Source: Promethearchaeota archaeon
Lineage (GTDB): Archaea; Asgardarchaeota; Lokiarchaeia; Sigyniarchaeales; SOKP01
Assembly (NCBI GenBank): GCA_048939995.1
Contig: JBHLOY010000006.1
Location: 64,001-128,000, forward strand
Reading direction: 5' to 3'
Length of the DNA stretch: 64,000 bases
In this document: piece by piece, positions 49,475-58,133 of the stretch
How the letters are laid out: each line of letters begins with the position of its first letter
Numbering within the stretch: the first letter of the stretch is position 1
Program-made: the position numbers and the translations under genes
The notes under the pieces: generated by a model
The model's database searches: none
What the model saw: the letters and a program-made list of their open reading frames with translations, nothing else
What the model was told of the DNA's origin: nothing

Positions 49475-49631
49475 GGCCCTAGACGGTCGGAATTGTTTTG
49501 AGATCATATCGATCTCCAACGATAAGTGGTCTCTGACACTGGGCTTCAAACCCAGTTATCCTGCGAAGGGATAGGAGTTCGATAACGGTTGGAAATTTAC
49601 TAATCTTCGAATATCTCCTCGAGGGCCGCCA
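49475..49631 (+). tRNA. selC: tRNA-Sec(TCA) with two introns (49492-49525 in D-stem, 49584-49613 in T-loop)
   Basis: 9-bp acceptor GGCCCTAGA/TCGAGGGCC followed by GCCA; 6-bp anticodon stem ACTGGG-CTTCAAA-CCCAGT; long variable arm; 4-bp T stem GGAG/CTCC. After splicing, a 7-bp D-stem with TGGT loop forms. Confidence 0.92.
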
Positions 49632-49664
49632 TTATATCATATTTATAAATATATTGTGTTTTCC

Positions 49665-51032
49665 ATGGTTGATTTTAACAATATTATTGATTTATTCGAA
49701 GACTCAAATATTCCTAAAAACATGTTGAATAGGGGGCAACTTGTTTTAAACGAGTTTTTGAATCCAATAAAAATCCTATTTGAACAAAGATCCATTCCTA
49801 AAGAACCTTGGACCGAAGAACAAATAGAATTCTTTCTTCAAACTCTTTCAAATATGGATACAGATAAAGATAAGAATGCAGCTAGAGTTGGTGAAAGAGA
49901 GGCAAGAATAGCTTCAAAACTTCATTTAAAAACATCAGCAGGATTTTGCCATGGTGTGGGGAGAAGTGGCTTTTTAACAGCTGCTCAACCAAAAGCACCT
50001 GGAGGCTCAATCATGTATGAGCTTTCCAACTATTTGGCTCGGAATATCTTGAAAAAATCTGGATTATCAAATGTTTCAGATGCAATTGTAGTTCCAATGT
50101 GTACCGGAATGTCATTAGCTTTAACTTTAGGGGCTTTAAGGCCAGATGGGGGTGAAGAAGATTCGGATCTCAAAAGAACTGTATTAGTTCCTCAAGTTGA
50201 TCATAAATCGCTATTAAAATCGATTGACTTAATGGGTCTTAAGGCAAAAATTATTACAGGTAAAATTTTTGGAGACGCTGTAAGAATTCCTGTTGAAGAT
50301 ATAAAATCTAATTCGGATGAAGACTGTTTTGCTGTTATTTCAATAACCAGTTTTTTTCCACCTCGCGAACCAGATAACATAAAGGAAATTAGTAAATTTG
50401 CTAAGGAAAATGATCTTGTACATATTATCATTAATGCATATGGTGTTCAAAGCCCTGAATGGATGAAACTAATCCGATCAGCAATTGATGCTGGTAGAGT
50501 CGATGCAATAATTCAATCGACAGATAAAAATTTCCTGACTCCTGTTGGTGGGGCTCTGATTGCATCACCAATTAAGGATATCATTACTAAAATTAGTCAA
50601 TCTTATGCTGGACGTGCCTCCGCTACTCCGATAGTAAATTTCTTAATTTCAATGCTTTCATTAGGAATTAGTGGTTACCAGAAATTAATTGAAGAACAGC
50701 AACAAAATCGAAAAACTCTTGAAATAAAACTTAAAGAAGTTGCAGAAAAATTTGATGAAAGGATTCTTGATATTTATAATCCAGTAGCTGTTGCATTATC
50801 TTTAAGAAATTTAAAAAAAGATCAGTTATACGCTCTCGGAGGAGCTTTATATAATCTAAGAGTTACAGGCCCTAGAGTATATAACCCTGAAGAAAGTACC
50901 TTTGGAACTTGCTGTTCAAACTATACAACCCCTTATATTGTAATGAATGCTGCAATTGGGACAACTTCAAGCGATATCACTCTCGCTGTTGAAAGGTTTG
51001 AAAAAGCTTATGATCAAATTATTCAGAAGTAA
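49665..51032 (+). CDS. spcS: O-phosphoseryl-tRNA(Sec) selenium transferase SepSecS
   Basis: VGEREARI, HGVGRSG...QPKAPG, PMCTGMS, NAYGVQ, QSTDKNF..PVGG and YAGRAS motifs. ATG 49665, or GTG 49656. Confidence 0.95.
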   Translation: MVDFNNIIDLFEDSNIPKNMLNRGQLVLNEFLNPIKILFEQRSIPKEPWTEEQIEFFLQTLSNMDTDKDKNAARVGEREARIASKLHLKTSAGFCHGVGRSGFLTAAQPKAPGGSIMYELSNYLARNILKKSGLSNVSDAIVVPMCTGMSLALTLGALRPDGGEEDSDLKRTVLVPQVDHKSLLKSIDLMGLKAKIITGKIFGDAVRIPVEDIKSNSDEDCFAVISITSFFPPREPDNIKEISKFAKENDLVHIIINAYGVQSPEWMKLIRSAIDAGRVDAIIQSTDKNFLTPVGGALIASPIKDIITKISQSYAGRASATPIVNFLISMLSLGISGYQKLIEEQQQNRKTLEIKLKEVAEKFDERILDIYNPVAVALSLRNLKKDQLYALGGALYNLRVTGPRVYNPEESTFGTCCSNYTTPYIVMNAAIGTTSSDITLAVERFEKAYDQIIQK

Positions 51033-51128
51033 AATCAGTCAAATTATTTAATTCTTCTACCCAATTAATAAAAATAAATAAAAATAAATAGAACTATATA
51101 ATAATAAATACTATTAGGTTATCTAAAT

Positions 51129-51809
51129 ATGGAGAATCGACTTTTAAACCAATTTAATAATGTAATTTCTTCTCAATGGCTATCCAAAAATATTCAAATA
51201 CCGTATGAACCATTAAAATCAAAAGAATTATTCGAATTAGCATATCATTGTTGCAATTCAATAACAATGAGAAATATTTTTATTAAATTAGCTCCCAGTG
51301 AGGATAAAGGAGGATTTCAAGCAATTTTTTATTCTAGTAGTAAAAAATTCATAAATATCGTAGCATTGGATAATGAAATAAAATTAACAAAATTCTTTCC
51401 CGAGGGTTCTACTGGAGATAAGATTATAACAGAAATTCAGCCTCTTTTAAATAAAAGAAAAGACCAATATATAAAAAAGGATAAAGATATTCAAACTCAA
51501 ATACTTAAAATGATCCTAGTGGAACGCAAATTAGATGAATGTGCAAATTTAGTAATGTTAAAAGAGATAAATAGAAAAGTTTATTTCTCTATTGGGGATG
51601 CTAGAGAGAGTGCTGCTGTAATACCAATATTTATGGAAGCTGATGGAGCAAGTCTAGTACAACTAGCGCTAAACAAATGGATGACTATAGTCCAAAATCT
51701 GGACCAAGAGAAATTTTTTCCTGATAATCTTGTTGCAGGATTACTTAAAAATCTTATGCAGATAAAAAAATGGATATTAAATTTAATCTCAACAAATTTA
51801 GATAAATAG
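51129..51809 (+). CDS. Hypothetical protein
   Basis: 226-aa ORF downstream of SepSecS; no recognised motif. Confidence 0.6.
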   Translation: MENRLLNQFNNVISSQWLSKNIQIPYEPLKSKELFELAYHCCNSITMRNIFIKLAPSEDKGGFQAIFYSSSKKFINIVALDNEIKLTKFFPEGSTGDKIITEIQPLLNKRKDQYIKKDKDIQTQILKMILVERKLDECANLVMLKEINRKVYFSIGDARESAAVIPIFMEADGASLVQLALNKWMTIVQNLDQEKFFPDNLVAGLLKNLMQIKKWILNLISTNLDK

Positions 51810-51832
51810 TGTTATTTTTCAATTTAAAAAAA

Positions 51833-52011
51833 TGGGCCATCGGGGATTTGAACCCCGGATTTCCCTTACTCATTGATGGAATCACAATGAGACTCAGGTT
51901 TTTACTAATAACGGACAAATTATTTTGTTGTATGTCCGTTGGTCATTTATAAGACCTGCGCTTTTTGACCAAGCTTTAAAGAGCTTGTTAACCAGTCTGA
52001 GCTAATGGCCC
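51833..52011 (-). tRNA. tRNA-Ile(TAT) with three introns (51964-51988, 51900-51946, approx. 51861-51892)
   Basis: Acceptor GGGCCAT/ATGGCCC plus A73; T arm CGGGG-TTCAAAT-CCCCG; anticodon stem CAGGT/ACCTG with loop CT-TAT-AA after removal of the hairpin inserts. Confidence 0.82.
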
Positions 52012-52190
52012 AAGACAATGATAATTCTATCTAAAGTATTTCTCCATATTTAAAAAAATATTTTTCTTACAAATTCAAAAGTTTCAAAAACATAAAAATT
52101 TTTTTATTGTTGCACTCTGTTATATTTATAATTAAAGCTTTAAAATGAATTTATTTAGAATTTAATTATATATATAAGAGTGAGAAGATT

Positions 52191-52592
52191 ATGGCTGAAA
52201 TGCTTACAGATTTATTAAATTCGATTTATAAAAGAATAGCCCAATTAGGTCAAGCCATTCAAGCTCTAAATACATCCTTAGATGGACTAAATAAAAATAT
52301 CGAAGAAAAAATTACCAATTTAAATGAAAAGCTAAAATCATTTGAAGAAGAAATAGATATCACTCAAACAAAACACATTGAAGTTTTAAGAGAAATTGGT
52401 GAAAGCACAAAATCAGAATTAATAAGCATTAAAGAGGGATTGGGTTTAGATGCTTTAAACACTTTAATAAAAAAGCTTGACGAATTTCAAAAACTATCTG
52501 GGGAGGTTTTAAATCAAGACACAGTGAATTTATTACTTTCTGAGGCTATAAATTCCGTGAAAAATTTAAAACAATCCTCTACAAAATTATAA
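52191..52592 (+). CDS. Hypothetical coiled-coil protein
   Basis: Heptad-rich, all-helical sequence. Confidence 0.65.
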   Translation: MAEMLTDLLNSIYKRIAQLGQAIQALNTSLDGLNKNIEEKITNLNEKLKSFEEEIDITQTKHIEVLREIGESTKSELISIKEGLGLDALNTLIKKLDEFQKLSGEVLNQDTVNLLLSEAINSVKNLKQSSTKL

Positions 52593-52604
52593 AATGGTGA
52601 TATT

Positions 52605-53024
52605 ATGGCAGAAAATTTATTAAATGAGATGATCAATAAGATCAATCAAATAACTTCTTCGTTAGATGGCACTATTGCTCAGATTAATCAAATGAGTACA
52701 TCAATTCAAGCCATGTCTCAGAAGTTTTCTGAAGAAACTATTTCTGTTAATGAAAATATCCGTCTTATAGTAGAAGTACTTAAACAATTTAGAATGAAAT
52801 CTAGTGAGAGTATTCAGGAAATTGCTGATGATTTTAATGCAAAGGTTAAAGAATTATATGAAAAGAAATCATTAGAAACTATTACTGAAGAAGAAAGAAA
52901 AGCGATAGAAATAATTAGACAAGTGGCTAAAACAGTTTCTAACAACCTTTATTACGCGCAACTTTTAAATATTATTCAATCAATTAGAGAAGAAACTAAT
53001 AGAATAATGAGTTGCAAGGAATAG
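52605..53024 (+). CDS. Hypothetical coiled-coil protein
   Basis: Heptad-rich; GGTGA SD; N-terminus resembles its neighbour (MAE.L...IN/Y.I.Q). Confidence 0.65.
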   Translation: MAENLLNEMINKINQITSSLDGTIAQINQMSTSIQAMSQKFSEETISVNENIRLIVEVLKQFRMKSSESIQEIADDFNAKVKELYEKKSLETITEEERKAIEIIRQVAKTVSNNLYYAQLLNIIQSIREETNRIMSCKE

Positions 53025-53086
53025 TAAACTCTTTAAATTTAGATGATTATTATATTTTATTATTATTTTATGGAGACTAGATAACA

Positions 53087-53989
53087 ATGCCAATCGGCAG
53101 TTTTGTAATATTATTACCGTTAGAAGCAGATTATAAAATATTAGGATATTATTTTAAAGAAGGTAAGTCAAGTTTTGAAGTGTCGAATGATCTTTTTCTA
53201 AGATTGAATTTGGATCATGGGAAAAATGAATACAATCTTTTAAAAATAAAAGATTTTCAAATTTTTTCCTATCTCTATAAATTCAAAGGAAAATTATCTA
53301 GAAAAGCTTCAGGTACAATAATAGGTTTGTTACTGAATGAGAATGATAAACCTGAGAAATTTCGTTCTTCGCTTAAATTGGGAGCAGAAGCAATTGAAAT
53401 TATTGGATTAAATTTATTAAATTTATCGAAAGCTGAATTTAGACCTATTTTAAAAGATATTTATTATGAGCATTTAGAACCATTTATTGATATATTAAAA
53501 CCAGAAGCTTTGAAATCAAGTATTATATCTATTACGAAATTCATGTTAAGTGGAGGAAAGAATGAAAGAAAAATTGCTCAAGACCTTCTAAAAAAAGTAG
53601 AAGATGGTGAACATGAAAAAATCTCTGAACATTATAATATTGCTGAAGAAGCACTAAAATCGTTAGATTACGAAAAAGCTGCAAAATTTTATAAAAAAGC
53701 TGCTGACATAGCTGAATCGTTATATGTAATAGATATCGCAGAATCCTTGAATGAAAAGGCAAATTTTTCAGAAAAAGTCCCAGAGATATCTAAACAGAGA
53801 GATAAATTAGTACAAGAGGCTAGAAATTCCTTAAAAAATGATGACTTTCATTCAGCTTATTTATCATATAAAAAAGCAAGTGAATTATCAAAAAAACTTG
53901 TAGAATTTGAAAAGGAAGAAGAGTACAGACTAAAATCTAAAGCATTAGAGGAATTCTACAAAGTAGACGAAAAATATAGAAATAAATAA
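53087..53989 (+). CDS. Hypothetical protein: putative longin-like N-domain plus TPR-like helical repeats
   Basis: Beta-rich N-terminus ending IIGLLLNENDKP; repeats YEKAAKFYKKAADIA and FHSAYLSYKKASELS. Confidence 0.5.
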   Translation: MPIGSFVILLPLEADYKILGYYFKEGKSSFEVSNDLFLRLNLDHGKNEYNLLKIKDFQIFSYLYKFKGKLSRKASGTIIGLLLNENDKPEKFRSSLKLGAEAIEIIGLNLLNLSKAEFRPILKDIYYEHLEPFIDILKPEALKSSIISITKFMLSGGKNERKIAQDLLKKVEDGEHEKISEHYNIAEEALKSLDYEKAAKFYKKAADIAESLYVIDIAESLNEKANFSEKVPEISKQRDKLVQEARNSLKNDDFHSAYLSYKKASELSKKLVEFEKEEEYRLKSKALEEFYKVDEKYRNK

Positions 53990-53993
53990 AACA

Positions 53994-54830
53994 ATGGGCA
54001 ATTTGAACAAAAAAGTTATTGGCTTGATAACTGATTTTGGAACGAGGGGTTTACATTATGTTGCAACAATGAAAGCTGTAATATTAAATATTAATCGTAA
54101 TGTTGATATTATAGATATAAACCATAATATTACTCCTTATAATTTATATGAAGCCTCTTTCTTAATTAAAACAACCTATAATTACTTTCCTGAAGGTTCA
54201 ATTTTCATTATAGTTGTAGATCCTGGAGTCGGCTCGTTGAGAGAAATTATTGCGATTAAATTAATTTCTAACTACTTCTTTATAGGACCTAACAATGGGA
54301 TCTTTACAAACGTGTTTAAAATGGATGAGATAATTGAATGTGTTAGTGTTAAAAACAAGAGCTACTTTCTTAAACCAATCTCTAATACTTTTCATGGGAG
54401 AGATATAATGGCACCTGTTGGAGCCTATATTTCCAAAAATCATAAATTAATGGAATTTGGGCCCCCATTTGACCCTAAAAATTTGGTTCGTGTTCCTTAT
54501 ACATATCAAGTTTTTAATTCAGATAGAAGAATAACAGCAACTATTATCTATATTGATGAATTTGGAAATAGTATCACAAATATTCCATTGAACCAAAAAA
54601 AGATAAGTGATACTCTAATAACCTTGAAAGAAGGCGAAAAAATTAAATTATTATTTAAAAGTAAAGAATATACAGGACCTTTTACAAGTCATTATAATAA
54701 TGTGCCAAAAAGGGCAATCTTATTTTTAGAAGGATCATATGGATTATTAGAAATCTCTCTTAATCAAGGGAATGCTGCAGAAAAAATTGGATTTAATGTG
54801 GGGGATACAATAACAATAAAATTTAAATAA
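53994..54830 (+). CDS. SAM hydroxide adenosyltransferase / SAM-dependent halogenase family (DUF62)
   Basis: ITDFG, VVDPGVG, GPNNG, TFHGRDIMAP and IDEFGN motifs. Confidence 0.92.
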   Translation: MGNLNKKVIGLITDFGTRGLHYVATMKAVILNINRNVDIIDINHNITPYNLYEASFLIKTTYNYFPEGSIFIIVVDPGVGSLREIIAIKLISNYFFIGPNNGIFTNVFKMDEIIECVSVKNKSYFLKPISNTFHGRDIMAPVGAYISKNHKLMEFGPPFDPKNLVRVPYTYQVFNSDRRITATIIYIDEFGNSITNIPLNQKKISDTLITLKEGEKIKLLFKSKEYTGPFTSHYNNVPKRAILFLEGSYGLLEISLNQGNAAEKIGFNVGDTITIKFK

Positions 54831-54855
54831 TCAACTTATAGTTGGGTTCAAACTT

Positions 54856-55998
54856 ATGGAAAAAGAAATTTTAGCTTGTATTGAAAAAAAAAACATAAAA
54901 TACCTTCACTCAGGTCAAATTTCAAAATTTATTTATCCTATGGAGAGACAAGAAGCTCATAAGCGAAAAGTTAGTCACTTGATTATTAGAGTCTTTATAG
55001 TATCTATTTCACCTAAAAATAATGTCTTTTTTCTGGTTCAAAAGAGAAGTAATAAAAAGAAAGAGTTTCCAGAATATTTTACAGATTCTGCTTCAGGGCA
55101 TGTAATATATAAAAAAAATCTAAATATTAATGATATTAAAAATAACGCAAAAAGGGAATTACAAGAAGAATTCGGCATTCCTCCAAAAGCAATTATCCAA
55201 ATTAAATTCTATGATTTAAAAGCTGAAATAAATGAAAAGACTATAGAAATTGCTTACACTTTTTTAGTTTTAGTAGAATATAATATCGAATTAAAACCTA
55301 ATCCAGAGGAACTGGAAATTAGAGACAGTAGGTTTTATAGTAAATCAGAACTGAAACAAATATTAGAAAATGAGAAATATATTGATTATTCAAAGAAAAT
55401 TTGGAAAGAACTTCTTGAATTGGATATTATTAAATACTTCCAACAAAATAATCTCAACAAGAGTCCAGCAAAAAATGAAATTGCTTTCTTTATTGGTAGA
55501 TTTCAACCATTTCATCATGGACATTTATACGTACTTAATCAACTTTTAAAAAGTTATAAGTCCGTCAAAATAGGGATAGGTAGCTCCCAACTCTCTAATA
55601 CTAAGACAGATCCTTTCTCTAGTAAAGAAAGAATCCAATTTATTAGAGCTGCTCTGGAAAAAAGAAATATTAATCAAGCAAAATACAAAATCTATGAAAT
55701 TCCAGATATCTTTAATGCTAAAAAATGGGTTGATCATGTAAAATCTATAGTAGGAGAATTTAATATTATTTTTTCTAATAGCGAATGGGTAAGGCAATTA
55801 TTTAAAGCAAAAGGATATAGATTAGGAAAAAAAATTACAATTTTCAAGAAGAAGTATAATGGCTCTAAAATCAGAAAATTAATCAGTAGAAATAATCAGA
55901 CTTGGAAAAATTTAGTTCCAAAAGAAGTAGCAAATTTAATAGTTCAAAATAATGGTATAGAAAGAATTAAAAATCAATCTGAGGCATCTGAGTCATGA
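54856..55998 (+). CDS. nadM: Fusion of N-terminal Nudix (IDI-1-like) and C-terminal NMN adenylyltransferase
   Basis: LVQKRS..K..FP..DSASGHV..AKRELQEEFGI followed by FIGRFQPFHHGH, IGIGSSQ and DPFS..ER. Confidence 0.85.
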   Translation: MEKEILACIEKKNIKYLHSGQISKFIYPMERQEAHKRKVSHLIIRVFIVSISPKNNVFFLVQKRSNKKKEFPEYFTDSASGHVIYKKNLNINDIKNNAKRELQEEFGIPPKAIIQIKFYDLKAEINEKTIEIAYTFLVLVEYNIELKPNPEELEIRDSRFYSKSELKQILENEKYIDYSKKIWKELLELDIIKYFQQNNLNKSPAKNEIAFFIGRFQPFHHGHLYVLNQLLKSYKSVKIGIGSSQLSNTKTDPFSSKERIQFIRAALEKRNINQAKYKIYEIPDIFNAKKWVDHVKSIVGEFNIIFSNSEWVRQLFKAKGYRLGKKITIFKKKYNGSKIRKLISRNNQTWKNLVPKEVANLIVQNNGIERIKNQSEASES

Positions 55999-57062
55999 AT
56001 AAGCGGAAATATTTAGAAATTGACGGGGCATATGGTGAAGGAGGTGGTTCTATTTTACGGCTTGCTGCCGGTTTTTCCGTATTATTCAATCTACCAATAA
56101 AAATATTCAACATTCGAGCTAATCGTCCTAAAAAAGGATTACGCCTTCAACATCTTCTAGGGTTACAAACATTAGCTAATTTAACTGGGAGTCAACTTAA
56201 TGCCCTAGATGGAGAATGTAAAGTCGGCACAGAAGAATTAATTTTTATACCAAATCGGAGCTTTATAAATAAACTTAATATTGAAGTTAACACTGCAGCT
56301 AATATTGGGTTATTACTCCAACCAATCCAGATTTCTAGTCTTGGAATTTCTCAAAATGGTCAGATCGAAATCTTTATTAATGGAGGAGGAACCTTTGGTA
56401 AGTGGGCTCCTAGCTTAAATTACCTAGCAAATGTAACATATCCTATTCTCAAAAAAAGCGGTCTTGAAATACTAGTTGATGTGAAAGAATACGGATTTTA
56501 CCCAAAAGGAGGTGCCTTAACTACATGCACAATAGTTCCTCCCAAATCAAAATTAAAACCAATCAATTTGATAGAACTCGGAAATATTGATTTAATCCAA
56601 GGTGAAATAATAATCTCAAATTTACAAAAAAATATTGGAGAGAGAATTAAAGGTTCAATAAATCAAGAAATACGACATGACTTCCGAGTTGAAACTGATA
56701 TAAAGTACTTTACGGTGAAATCTCTTAGCCCAGGGGTAGGAGTATGTCTCTGGGCACATTCTGATTCAGGTGCAATCATTTCTTCAGGGACTATTCTTGG
56801 TGAGAAAAGTATGAGTTCAGAAAAGTTAGGAAAGATTGCTTCAAGGGAAATTTTAAAATACGTTTACAATCAAATACCCATCGATAATTATCTAAGCGAT
56901 CAATTAATACCACTCATTGCTTTCATTAAAGAACACTCCTCACTTAGAGTACTTGAAATTACAGGACATACTAAGACTAATTTGGAATTAGTAAAACTCT
57001 TTACAAATAGGGATTATGAAATTACGAAAGATAAAAATTCTTTTATAATTGAATATTTTTAA
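55995..57062 (+). CDS. rtcA: RNA 3'-terminal phosphate cyclase
   Basis: IDGAYGEGGGSILR, NIRANRP..GL..QHL, GFYPKGG, YLSDQL and catalytic GHTKTN motifs. Confidence 0.92.
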   Translation: MNKRKYLEIDGAYGEGGGSILRLAAGFSVLFNLPIKIFNIRANRPKKGLRLQHLLGLQTLANLTGSQLNALDGECKVGTEELIFIPNRSFINKLNIEVNTAANIGLLLQPIQISSLGISQNGQIEIFINGGGTFGKWAPSLNYLANVTYPILKKSGLEILVDVKEYGFYPKGGALTTCTIVPPKSKLKPINLIELGNIDLIQGEIIISNLQKNIGERIKGSINQEIRHDFRVETDIKYFTVKSLSPGVGVCLWAHSDSGAIISSGTILGEKSMSSEKLGKIASREILKYVYNQIPIDNYLSDQLIPLIAFIKEHSSLRVLEITGHTKTNLELVKLFTNRDYEITKDKNSFIIEYF

Positions 57063-57163
57063 TATTCTTTTGAAAACTCTTCTTAAGAGTTGAAATTGCT
57101 AAAAACATATAAATGATTATAATTATATGATTTATATAAAAAATTAAATAGTTAAAAACAGAT

Positions 57164-58072
57164 ATGGCAGCTACAACGACTCAGCTACGATGTCCCAGAT
57201 GCGGAAATGAAGTTCGGGCAGATTTCTTTGTCTGTGCTTTCTGTGGTAAACGATTAAGATTTGAAAAAATAGAAAACTTTTCCATTTTTAAACGTATCGA
57301 GTCAAATTGGACTACTCCCGATCCTTGGTATAAGATATTATTATGGTTATTTATAAAGCCAAATAAGGCATTCTGGAGCATTAATCATCGCAGAAAGTCC
57401 GCTCCAGGCTATATTATATTACTTTTTAATGCTCTACTCTATGGAATTATGGGATTGGCATTTTTCTCACATTTTAATATACAAGATGTCCCTCCTCTTG
57501 ACTTTAGAATCTTTTTTTATAATTTATCTATATTTATCGCCTTCTTTCTTTTTGGTTTGGCATATTTTTTTATTTTTGGCTTCATTCTAATTTGGTTATT
57601 TACAAAGGGAGCAAATTATGCTGTTGGATTTTCAGAAAAATTAGAGTCTTATCTTGGAAGTGAAGCAAAAGAACAGTATCGTGAAGCAGAAATGAGTCCT
57701 TTTAGTATATATAAAGGAGGTACTTTACATCAACAACAAGCTTTTAAATACAAAATGATGTTCTGCTCATTTACTCCTTTTATTTTAATCAATATCGTCG
57801 AAATTATCATTGTATTGATTGGTTTTGGCTCCCAGCCAATTAATATTTTAGGATTGTTCGATCCATTAGTCTTTAATGATATTTTTAGTTCTCCTACATG
57901 GACAATTTTACATACTATTGATGCGATAACTGTTGGAATTTGGGTTCCAATATTAGTTGCGCTTTCGATAAGAGAATTATCAAACTCATCAACCACAAGA
58001 GTTTTGTTATCGTCTTTAATAATAGGTATAGTTGTAGCATTGCTTTTCTTCTTCTTACGACCAACATTTTGA
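57164..58072 (+). CDS. Zinc-ribbon plus Yip1-like membrane domain protein
   Basis: CPRCG..CAFCG; LFIKPNKAF..I Yip1-like motif; about 5 TM segments. Confidence 0.65.
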   Translation: MAATTTQLRCPRCGNEVRADFFVCAFCGKRLRFEKIENFSIFKRIESNWTTPDPWYKILLWLFIKPNKAFWSINHRRKSAPGYIILLFNALLYGIMGLAFFSHFNIQDVPPLDFRIFFYNLSIFIAFFLFGLAYFFIFGFILIWLFTKGANYAVGFSEKLESYLGSEAKEQYREAEMSPFSIYKGGTLHQQQAFKYKMMFCSFTPFILINIVEIIIVLIGFGSQPINILGLFDPLVFNDIFSSPTWTILHTIDAITVGIWVPILVALSIRELSNSSTTRVLLSSLIIGIVVALLFFFLRPTF

Positions 58073-58133
58073 AGATAAATTTATTAACTCTAAATCTTCT
58101 TTTTATATAATCACTGATCTATTTCCTTGTTAA

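Noticed and set aside
51861-51960. Alternative reading of the minus-strand tRNA as tRNA-Leu(TAA) with a long variable arm
   Set aside because: The ~37-nt variable region is too long for Leu. The BHB geometry places cleavage after TATAA, and the acceptor and D-arm look Ile-like. Not formally excluded without RNA data.
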